64,000 nucleotides of DNA from Nautiliaceae bacterium (GTDB lineage Bacteria; Campylobacterota; Campylobacteria; Campylobacterales; Nautiliaceae): positions 167-64,166 of the forward strand of contig JAMOTL010000111.1 in the NCBI GenBank assembly GCA_027062285.1, written 5' to 3'. Below the pieces are notes generated by a model, which did no database searches, was not told the origin of the DNA, and saw only the letters and a list, made by a program, of their open reading frames with translations. Every line of letters begins with the position of its first letter. Within the stretch, counting starts at the first letter, position 1. Shown here one piece after another: positions 6,733 through 14,484 of the stretch. The position numbers and the translations under genes are program-made.

Positions 6733-7967
6733 AAGGAGTGGTTGTAAGGTATAAAACACTCTCAAATCCGGAAAAATTAAAAAAATATGAAAAAGAGTAT
6801 GACTTAGTATTGCCTCAAAAGATGGGAGGGAGTGGAAATAATATTTTAAATAAAGAAATAAAAGAAATAAAAAAGTGGGTTAATAAACATAATATAAAAG
6901 AACTTTTTATAACCAATTTATCTAAAAAAGAAGCCGAGAAACTTCAAAAAGAGCTTGGTATAGACGTGGAGATAATAAAAAACAATAAAAATATTTCAGA
7001 TAAAATCTTTGCTCTTTTGTTACTTTTAAAAAGACTCTCCATAAAAGGAAACTTAAAAGTAAAAGAAGATTTTGAGTGGTTAAAAGAAAAATTACAAAAA
7101 AATATAACAAAAGCTACATTTTTAAATTATTTAAAAGATATCGAAATTATTTTAAATGATGACAGGTTTAACAAAAGAGAAGTTGTTGAAGTTAAAAATA
7201 TTAATAAATCTGAAATAGAACTTAATCTTATCAGAAAAGGTGATTTGATATTAAAGATATTTAATGAAATAGATGATGTTGAAAAATTAAGCGAATATTT
7301 AGTTGAAATAGATGATGAAACAATGCATATGTTAGATGAAATTACTAAAAAAAGAGTTAAATCATTAAAAGAAAAAATTATCTATAAACAAAAGCCTTTT
7401 GAAAATTTGGATAATATAAGAGATATTTTTCTAGAATTTGAAGAAGCAATAAAAAACAGAAAAATTATTGAATTTATAGAGAAAGAAGATGGAGTTATCC
7501 ATTATAATATAATTCCCCTAAAACTTGTTTTTATGGAAAATAACTGGTATTTAGCAGGTGTGGATAAAAATAAAGTTAAGTTTTTCAGACTTAATTTTAT
7601 AGATGATTTTAAAATAGGTAAAAAAGAATTTAGCAAAAATAGTTTAAAGAAAGAATATTTTAGATTCTTAGAGGAGTTTGAAACCCCTTTTACTGAGTTT
7701 GGTAAAAAATGGAAAAAGCTTGTTTTAAAAGTGGATAAAAGTAAAAAACATTATTTTGAAAAAAAAGTTCATTTTCCAAGAGAAAAAGATAAAGAAACTG
7801 ATAAAGACGGTAACTTGATAATTGAATGTGCCTATACACAGCCGCTTGAAGTGCTTCCAATTATTAAAAAATGGCTTCCGTTTGTTGAGGTTATTGAAAG
7901 TGAAGACGGAAGTGTGGAAGAAGAGCTAAAAAAAGACCTGCTGTTAGCCCTAAATAAACTTTCTTAA
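6729..7967 (+). CDS. WYL-domain transcriptional regulator (wHTH-WYL-WCX-like) with an extra N-terminal domain of about 90 aa
   Basis: The NNWYLAG motif sits in a beta-rich segment (HYNIIPLKLVFMENNWYLAGVDKNKVKFFRLNFI). An HTH-like segment lies upstream and a conserved-looking C-terminal extension follows. The start overlaps the csx1 stop in an ATGA. Confidence 0.75.
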   Translation: MKGVVVRYKTLSNPEKLKKYEKEYDLVLPQKMGGSGNNILNKEIKEIKKWVNKHNIKELFITNLSKKEAEKLQKELGIDVEIIKNNKNISDKIFALLLLLKRLSIKGNLKVKEDFEWLKEKLQKNITKATFLNYLKDIEIILNDDRFNKREVVEVKNINKSEIELNLIRKGDLILKIFNEIDDVEKLSEYLVEIDDETMHMLDEITKKRVKSLKEKIIYKQKPFENLDNIRDIFLEFEEAIKNRKIIEFIEKEDGVIHYNIIPLKLVFMENNWYLAGVDKNKVKFFRLNFIDDFKIGKKEFSKNSLKKEYFRFLEEFETPFTEFGKKWKKLVLKVDKSKKHYFEKKVHFPREKDKETDKDGNLIIECAYTQPLEVLPIIKKWLPFVEVIESEDGSVEEELKKDLLLALNKLS

Positions 7968-8112
7968 CTCTTCTTTTTCTAAAATCAAAACTTTGAATAA
8001 AAATATGTTGTTTAATTTCACAAATCAAAGAAAGGAGGTGCTATGGAAGGTTTTAGCGAAATAATCTGGGGAAAATAAGCCAGATTAAAATAAAAACTTT
8101 TAAGGAGGATGA

Positions 8113-8552
8113 ATGGAAAAAAGTTTTTGTATCGATATGGATAATGTTTTGGTTGATTTTCCTTCAGCGTTTGAATATTTAAATGAAGATGCTTTAAAAA
8201 AATATGAAGGAAAACTTGATGAAGTGCCTGGAATTTTTGCTTTAATGAAGCCGGTGGATGGAGCGATGGAGGCATTTAAAAAGTTAAGTCAAAAATGTGA
8301 TGCTTATATTCTTTCCACATCTACTTGGAACAATCCAACTGCATGGAGTGATAAGCTTGAGTGGGTTAAAAAATATTTAGAATATGTAGTTTATAAAAGA
8401 CTTATTTTAACTCATCATAAAAACTTAAATAAAGGTGATTATTTAATAGATGACAGGACAAAAAAGGGACAGGAGATTTTGAGGGAGAGCTTATTTTATT
8501 TGGAACTGATAAATTTCAAAACTGGCAAAGCATTTTGAATTATCTTCTTTAA
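8113..8552 (+). pseudogene. NT5C-family (HAD) 5'(3')-deoxyribonucleotidase, interrupted by a -1 frame change at 8460-8466
   Basis: IDMDNVLVDF (DxDxV) and LIDD motifs lie in frame 0. After ...DDRTKK the family-typical tail GTGDFEGELILFGTDKFQNWQSILNYLL continues in the -1 frame from 8466 to the stop at 8550-8552. The frame-0 ORF ends at 8538 with a non-conserved tail. Confidence 0.7.
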
Positions 8553-8634
8553 TAAATATTTTCTAAAATAAAAAGTTAGATCTGTTTTGGAAGTTAAAAC
8601 TATATAAAAGAGAATAGCAACAAAAGGAGAAAAA

Positions 8635-8829
8635 ATGAAAAAGTTTGAAAAATGTGTAATTTCTATAGCTTTATTGGGAGCTAAGATAGGGGGAGAAATA
8701 GGTAAAAAAATTGATAAGGAAAAAGGTGAAACTATTGGCAGTGTTATTGGAGGAGTTGTTGGAGGAGCATTAGGAGTAGCTGTGTGTATTAAAACAGATG
8801 AAAGCATAGAAAGGGAGCAGCTTAAATGA
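8635..8829 (+). CDS. Small glycine-zipper membrane protein (64 aa)
   Basis: A strong RBS (AAAGGAGAAAAA-ATG) precedes it. GSVIGGVVGGALGVAV contains GxxxG repeats. The N-terminus, MKKFEKCVISIALLGAKIGG, ends in Gly-Gly. Confidence 0.5.
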   Translation: MKKFEKCVISIALLGAKIGGEIGKKIDKEKGETIGSVIGGVVGGALGVAVCIKTDESIEREQLK

Positions 8830-8937
8830 GAGATATAAATATCCTAAAAAGTTATCAAAGAGAAGTGGATATGAAAGAAAAAAAAGTCGAATCAAAAAAA
8901 AGATATTCAAGAAAAATAAAACATAAGAAGGCTTTAT

Positions 8938-9765
8938 ATGAAAAAGAATTTATATATTAATGAAGGTGAAATAAAAAGAGATTGTAATGTTTTAAAAATA
9001 GCTAATAAAAAAATTCCTATTAGTATGATTGATAACGTTTTTGTGTTTGAAAAAGTTAAAATGAGTATTAGCGCCAGGAACTTACTTTTGAAAAATAAAA
9101 GAAATATTATTTTTTTAAATAAGAGATATGAATTTGTTGGGATTTTATTGCCTGAATTTTTAAGAAGTGATTTTGGTAATCGGTTGTGGCAGTATGAGAA
9201 TAGGAATAATTTGGATTGTGCTAAATTTATTGTTTTTAAAAAAATAGAAGAAATTGAGAAAAATATTAATAAAAATTTGGATTTTATGAAATTGAAACTC
9301 AAACAAGCTAAAACGTTAAATGAAACTTTAGGAATAGAAGGGCAAGCAAGTAGGCTTATGTTTGATAATCTTAAAAAGAAACTTAGAAAAAAAGGTATCA
9401 CTGAATTTGAAAAAAGAGCATATAATCCTGCGACCGATAGAATAAACGGGGTTTTGAGTTTTTTATATACCCTTTATTACAGTTATGTAATTAGTGAGAT
9501 AATTTCTATCGGGTTTGATCCTTATATCGGGTTTTTACATCAAAAAAGAGGAAAACATGCAGTTTTTGCAAGTGATGTTATGGAAGAAGCAAGGGTAAAA
9601 CTTACATTTTTATGTTTAGAGGTTTTAGATGAAGTTTATCCTGATATGTTTGAGGATAGATATTTGACACGTGAAGGGAGAAAAAAAGTTTTAAAAAAAT
9701 TTGATGAGTTTTTATTAGAATATGATAACTCTATTTTAAAGAATTTTAAGGAGAAGAAATGTTAG
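8938..9765 (+). CDS. cas1: CRISPR-associated endonuclease Cas1 (locus 2)
   Basis: The 275-aa protein has the motifs GIEG, GFDPYIGFLH and SDVMEEAR. It is a paralog of the cas1 at 2161. Confidence 0.9.
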   Translation: MKKNLYINEGEIKRDCNVLKIANKKIPISMIDNVFVFEKVKMSISARNLLLKNKRNIIFLNKRYEFVGILLPEFLRSDFGNRLWQYENRNNLDCAKFIVFKKIEEIEKNINKNLDFMKLKLKQAKTLNETLGIEGQASRLMFDNLKKKLRKKGITEFEKRAYNPATDRINGVLSFLYTLYYSYVISEIISIGFDPYIGFLHQKRGKHAVFASDVMEEARVKLTFLCLEVLDEVYPDMFEDRYLTREGRKKVLKKFDEFLLEYDNSILKNFKEKKC

Positions 9766-10499
9766 TGTTTATAACTCATCCCAAATATTTTGATAAAAGA
9801 AAAATAGCAAGAAAGAAAATAGATCTTATTTATATTTTCAATTCTAAAAAGCTTTACAGTCAATTAAGTGAAAAATATAAGTGTGTAAACATAGGGAAAG
9901 ACGGAAAAATTAAACAAGAAAATTTTTTTCCTCAAGCAAAAAAATACAAACGTATTACAAAAGAAAAATTCATTGATTTAAAAATAGGTATCGTAAAATA
10001 TTTTGCAAAGAAGAAACATTCAGTACAAAGAAAATATTATGTTATGTTGAAAGGACCTTACTCTGATCCTTTGATGCATTATGGTTTTCATAAAGCAAAA
10101 AAAAGTGAATTCAACGAAGGAACAATGATATTAGATGCTATGATAGTAAATTATATAGCTGAAATATTTAGATTGGAAAAAGGTGAAGAGTTTACCAATA
10201 AAAATAAAAGATACATTGAATTACTCCTAAATTTTTCTCATAGTTTTTATAGGGCGTATGTTTATTCTCTGGGATATGAAAGGGGTATGGAAATTTTTTC
10301 TGAAGTTTTTAAATTTAACTATTTTAAAAAAGTTAGTCTGTACTATACATTTAATAAATTCGATCTTTATCAAGATAGGTTTCATTTTAATTATTTAAAA
10401 GTTTTAAGCAGACTTTTTGTTGAAGACATTCATAATAACAATATTGAGGAATTTATACAAAAAAATATCACTTATTATAAGGAGAATGGATGGTTGTAA
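9759..10499 (+). CDS. Uncharacterised 246-aa protein embedded between cas1 and cas2 (locus 2)
   Basis: An AAGGAG RBS lies 5 nt upstream. The ORF overlaps the cas1 stop by 7 nt and the cas2 start by 10 nt, suggesting translational coupling. I recognise no Cas4, Cas6, Csn2, RT or nuclease motif. It contains only one Cys. Confidence 0.7.
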   Translation: MLVFITHPKYFDKRKIARKKIDLIYIFNSKKLYSQLSEKYKCVNIGKDGKIKQENFFPQAKKYKRITKEKFIDLKIGIVKYFAKKKHSVQRKYYVMLKGPYSDPLMHYGFHKAKKSEFNEGTMILDAMIVNYIAEIFRLEKGEEFTNKNKRYIELLLNFSHSFYRAYVYSLGYERGMEIFSEVFKFNYFKKVSLYYTFNKFDLYQDRFHFNYLKVLSRLFVEDIHNNNIEEFIQKNITYYKENGWL

Positions 10500-10732
10500 T
10501 AGCTTATGATATTAGAGACAATAAAAGATTAAAAAAAATAGCTAAATATCTTGAATCTCATGGTATTAGAGCACAAAGAAGTGTTTTTGAAATAGATATT
10601 AGTCCTAGAAAAGCTAAAAAAATTTTTCAGGGATTAAAGAATATTATAGGTGAGGGAGATAAATGTTTTTTATTTGAAATAAAAGATAAAGAAGATATTC
10701 AGGCAAATACAGATATTGAAAGGATATTGTAA
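10490..10732 (+). CDS. cas2: Cas2 family protein (first of the tandem pair, locus 2)
   Basis: The 80-aa protein begins MVVIAYDIRDNKRLKKIAKYL and has QRSVFEIDI. An AAGGAG RBS precedes it. Confidence 0.85.
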   Translation: MVVIAYDIRDNKRLKKIAKYLESHGIRAQRSVFEIDISPRKAKKIFQGLKNIIGEGDKCFLFEIKDKEDIQANTDIERIL

Positions 10733-10986
10733 TGTATATAGTAGTAACCTATGATATTTCAAATAACAAACAAAGAAATAAATTAGCTAAAGAATTGCTT
10801 GTATTTGGAATAAGAACTCAAAAGAGTTTTTTCGAATGTGAAGTGACTGAAAAAGAACTTAAAGTAATTAAAAAAATTCTAAAAAGATATTCTCAAAGTG
10901 ATGATTTTGTAACAATTTATAAAATAAAAGTGTTAGAAAGAGTAGGTGATGTTGAGTATCTTGAAATAGATGATTTGATTTTTTAA
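10732..10986 (+). CDS. cas2: Cas2 family protein (second of the tandem pair, locus 2)
   Basis: The 84-aa protein begins MYIVVTYDISNNKQRNKLAKEL and has QKSFFECEV. Its start overlaps the previous stop in a TAATG. Confidence 0.85.
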   Translation: MYIVVTYDISNNKQRNKLAKELLVFGIRTQKSFFECEVTEKELKVIKKILKRYSQSDDFVTIYKIKVLERVGDVEYLEIDDLIF

Positions 10987-11084
10987 TCTCTTTAATTTTC
11001 TACAAAATTTTTCCTTCCTATTTTTTTATAAATCTATCTCAGGATAAATAGCCTTGTGTAATCTCAAATAATAATATTTATAAT

Positions 11085-12638
11085 GTCAATCCTTTAAATC
11101 GGGTCATTGGTTAAACCTCCATTTTCAGGGGCGAAAAATGTCTCTATGTATTAGGTCGCAATCCCCTTAAATCGGGTCATTGGTTAAACCTTCAAGATGT
11201 GGCAGATGCTAAAGTGGCCGGGTTCTGTCGCAATCCCCTTAAATCGGGTCATTGGTTAAACTGGTACAACCGAAGATAACTTAAGACCTACTGAAGGTCG
11301 CAATCCCCTTAAATCGGGTCATTGGTTAAACAATATGGCGTCCGGGACTTTGGAGGTCAAAATGGTAAAGTCGCAATCCCCTTAAATCGGGTCATTGGTT
11401 AAACCTAGTGCGGCACCTACCATTAGAACTCAATTACCGTATGGGTCGCAATCCCCTTAAATCGGGTCATTGGTTAAACTTAAAATTTAGAAAAGGTGAG
11501 AGCGAAAAGCTCTCAATAGAGTCGCAATCCCCTTAAATCGGGTCATTGGTTAAACCCTCTGATGAAGTAGAAATAGATTTAGATGCGCTTTTCCGTCGCA
11601 ATCCCCTTAAATCGGGTCATTGGTTAAACATCCTCGGCGACCTGCAGGACATTATAGCATGCGGAGGAAAGTCGCAATCCCCTTAAATCGGGTCATTGGT
11701 TAAACAGACCGGCAGCTGAAAAACTATTTAACGCACAATGGGTCGCAATCCCCTTAAATCGGGTCATTGGTTAAACAAAGTACAAAAAAAAATAAAAGAA
11801 GTAAGAGAGTTGTTAGTCGCAATCCCCTTAAATCGGGTCATTGGTTAAACCATTTGGAAGAGAAAAAAATTCCAATTACATATAAAAATGTCGCAATCCC
11901 CTTAAATCGGGTCATTGGTTAAACTGAGCGGAGCGGTGAAAGCCGCACCTGGAGTAGCGTCGCAATCCCCTTAAATCGGGTCATTGGTTAAACGCAGTAA
12001 TAGGTGCTACTCTGATGGTAGCATCATATGTGTCGCAATCCCCTTAAATCGGGTCATTGGTTAAACACAAAACAGTGTAGTTAAAGGTCAAAATGCAAAA
12101 GTTAGTCGCAATCCCCTTAAATCGGGTCATTGGTTAAACCGAGATCAATCCATATGATATGTTGATATATTTTATGTCGCAATCCCCTTAAATCGGGTCA
12201 TTGGTTAAACTGAAGTAATGTTGAATGCGATGTTTGAGGCCGGCTACAACGGTCGCAATCCCCTTAAATCGGGTCATTGGTTAAACGGAAATTTTTGGGG
12301 AGAAGGGAGCGAAAATCTCGGTCGCAATCCCCTTAAATCGGGTCATTGGTTAAACTCCCAGTGGAAGTTGTGATGTATAGCCTCTACGAGGGTCGCAATC
12401 CCCTTAAATCGGGTCATTGGTTAAACCTCTTATAATTTTAAAAAACGATGAGGAAGCAATTAGTCGCAATCCCCTTAAATCGGGTCATTGGTTAAACATT
12501 GGTCACGCATGAAAATCGAAGGCGACAAGGGGTCGCAATCCCCTTAAATCGGGTCATTGGTTAAACCTACGTTTAGCACCGCTGCAAAGGAACTTGCCAC
12601 TGAGTCGCAATCCCCTTAAATCGGGTCATTGGTTAAAC
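11085..12638 (-). CRISPR. CRISPR array 2: 22 copies of a 35-nt repeat (+ strand GTCGCAATCCCCTTAAATCGGGTCATTGGTTAAAC), 21 unique spacers of 33-41 nt
   Basis: The repeats are regularly spaced. The leftmost copy (11085-11116) is degenerate at 32 nt, with deletions and a substitution. All other copies look identical by eye. The strand is inferred as for array 1. Confidence 0.97.
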
Positions 12639-12830
12639 CCATCGAACTTTCTATGTTTTTGCGACTTTTTAAAGCTTAAAGTTTGCTTAAGCGACTTTGG
12701 GCAAAGTCTTAAAAATATCAATATTTCGGATTTTCAAAGAACTTTTAATTTTTCACAAAGTTTAACAAAAAATTGCTTTTTTTGCAAATTTTGAAAATTT
12801 TGTGAAAAAAATAATTAATTTTAAAAGCGA
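12639..12830 (-). promoter_or_regulatory. Putative leader of array 2
   Basis: This AT-rich non-coding stretch lies next to the intact end of the array. It contains ATTTCGGATTTTCAAAGAACTTTT (12723-12746), which is 23/24 identical to 2035-2058. GCGACTTT elements occur at 12661 and 12691, matching one at 2009 in leader 1. Confidence 0.6.
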
Positions 12831-13112
12831 TTCCTATCCTCCACCCTTAAATGATAGGGTTTTCAAAAAGCTTTATTAAAGGAATCATATTTATATATTA
12901 TAACATATTTTCATATACTTTCTATGTCAGAAAATAAAAATTTAAGGGGAAAGTATAAAAAGATTAGCGAAAATTATTACGGCAATAAGTGTAGCGGCGG
13001 TTTTATCGATGAGTGCGAGTGCGTTTGAGCCTGTTAAAAAATCTTATATTGATATAGCTTTTAAGTAAATTCCTCCTTTTTTTTAGGTTATAATAAATAA
13101 AAAGGAGAGAGA

Positions 13113-13667
13113 ATGTGGTATTTGATAGGAGGGGTTTTATTTATTCTTTTTTTACTTGTACTTATGTACAATTCACTAATCTACAGAAAAAATCAGATAG
13201 AGAATATGGAAGGTGCCATTGATGCTTATCTGAAACAGAGATATGATTTGATTCCAAATCTGGTTGAGAGCGTAAAAGCGTATATGGAGCATGAAAAAAG
13301 CGTTCTTGAAGAGATAACAAAACTCAGAACTCTTGCAATGAGCGCAAAAAGTTTTGACGAAAAAATAGAATACGAAAGCAGACTCTCCGAACTTCTTGAT
13401 AAGTTACTGCTGAATGTAGAAAACTACCCTCAGTTAAGAGCGAGTGAAAACTTCTTACAGCTTCAAGAGACTTTAACGGAACTCGAAGAAAATATAGCAG
13501 CGGCGAGAAGGGCGTACAACCAGGCGGTTACTGACTACAACAACGCAATAGAAATGTTTCCTACAAACATAATGGCTTCATGGATGGGACTTAAAAGAAG
13601 AAAAGTGTTTGAAATACCTGAAAATGAAAGAAAGAATATAGATGTCGGTAAATTATTCAGAAATTAA
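13113..13667 (+). CDS. lemA: LemA family membrane protein
   Basis: It has an N-terminal TM helix followed by YNSLIYRKNQIENMEGAIDAYLKQRYDLIPNLVE ... ENYPQLRASENFLQLQ ... ARRAYNQAVTDYNNAIEMFP, a typical LemA pattern. Confidence 0.85.
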   Translation: MWYLIGGVLFILFLLVLMYNSLIYRKNQIENMEGAIDAYLKQRYDLIPNLVESVKAYMEHEKSVLEEITKLRTLAMSAKSFDEKIEYESRLSELLDKLLLNVENYPQLRASENFLQLQETLTELEENIAAARRAYNQAVTDYNNAIEMFPTNIMASWMGLKRRKVFEIPENERKNIDVGKLFRN

Positions 13668-14484
13668 CAGAATAAGAAAAAGATATATTGAAAAATTTTT
13701 TGGGTATCTGCTGGTTTTTATTCTTCTTGAGACGGGACTTTTTTTTCTTTTGAGAGGCTCTGAATATTTTTTGATAATTTTTCCCGTGGGTTTTTTAGGT
13801 TTGTTTTTTTTAACCTCTGTTCCTGATGCTTACAAAAATTTTTTGAAAGAGAATATTTATAAACCTTTTCTTGAAGAATTAGGAATAGAATATAAGCCTG
13901 AGAGAGGTTTTGATGAAGAAATAGTTAAAAACTGTGTTCTTCTCCCGGGTTATGACGACTATGAATCAAAAAACTACATAAAAGGCGGAAATTTCGAAGC
14001 TGCTGAAATAAAGCTCAGCGAAGAGTACTATGACAGTGATGAAAAAAGATATGAGTCAAGGACTGTTTTTGAAGGGGTATTACTTATTGTTTATTCAAAA
14101 AAAACGCTCACTCCTCTTTTAATAACCAAAAACTCTTTTCATTTGAGCGATATACTCCCTATATTTACCGATAAATACAGACAGAAAATGGATGATTTGG
14201 AGTTTGAGAAAATGTTTGATGTTTACGCAGCCGACCCGATAGAAGCCAGGAAAATACTCACACACAATGTTATGAGAGAGCTTATAAAACTGAAAAAAGA
14301 GACTGATTTTTATGAAATGTTTTTTGAGGGTACGCTGCGTTTTGTGACATTTAAAGATTTAAAATTGGTAGACATTTCTTCTATGTTTACTGAAATGAAT
14401 GAAGAGAGGTTTTTGTTAAACATATTTGGAGTAATAAAAATTTTTAAAGTAGTAGAGTTTTTAAATGAAAAAGCAGAGGCTTAA
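13642..14484 (+). CDS. Two-TM membrane protein, LemA-associated (possibly DUF3137-like; family from memory)
   Basis: The 280-aa ORF overlaps the lemA end by 26 nt. Two hydrophobic helices lie near the N-terminus. I see no catalytic motif. Confidence 0.55.
   Translation: MSVNYSEINRIRKRYIEKFFGYLLVFILLETGLFFLLRGSEYFLIIFPVGFLGLFFLTSVPDAYKNFLKENIYKPFLEELGIEYKPERGFDEEIVKNCVLLPGYDDYESKNYIKGGNFEAAEIKLSEEYYDSDEKRYESRTVFEGVLLIVYSKKTLTPLLITKNSFHLSDILPIFTDKYRQKMDDLEFEKMFDVYAADPIEARKILTHNVMRELIKLKKETDFYEMFFEGTLRFVTFKDLKLVDISSMFTEMNEERFLLNIFGVIKIFKVVEFLNEKAEA

Noticed and set aside
8043-8078. 11-codon mini-ORF (MEGFSEIIWGK) with a perfect AAAGGAGGTG RBS upstream of the NT5C-like gene.
   Set aside because: It is too short to evaluate, and I could find no attenuator-like alternative structures around it. 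It could be a chance SD-ATG pair.
9759-10499. Considered calling the 246-aa ORF Cas6 (the missing crRNA endonuclease) or Cas4.
   Set aside because: It has no glycine-rich C-terminal loop, no ferredoxin-like repeat pattern that I can see, no RecB motifs and only one cysteine. I left it as uncharacterised.
12924-13068. Two tiny overlapping ORFs between the array 2 leader and lemA. One is a 34-aa Cys-rich peptide starting at ATG 12924. The other is a signal-peptide-like frame (KRLAKIITAISVAAVLSMSASAFEP...) from 12955 to 13068.
   Set aside because: The ATG ORF has no RBS. The signal-peptide-like frame has an AAGGGGA RBS but only an ATA at the start position and is 37 codons long. It may be a remnant of a truncated exported-protein gene, but it cannot be supported as a feature.
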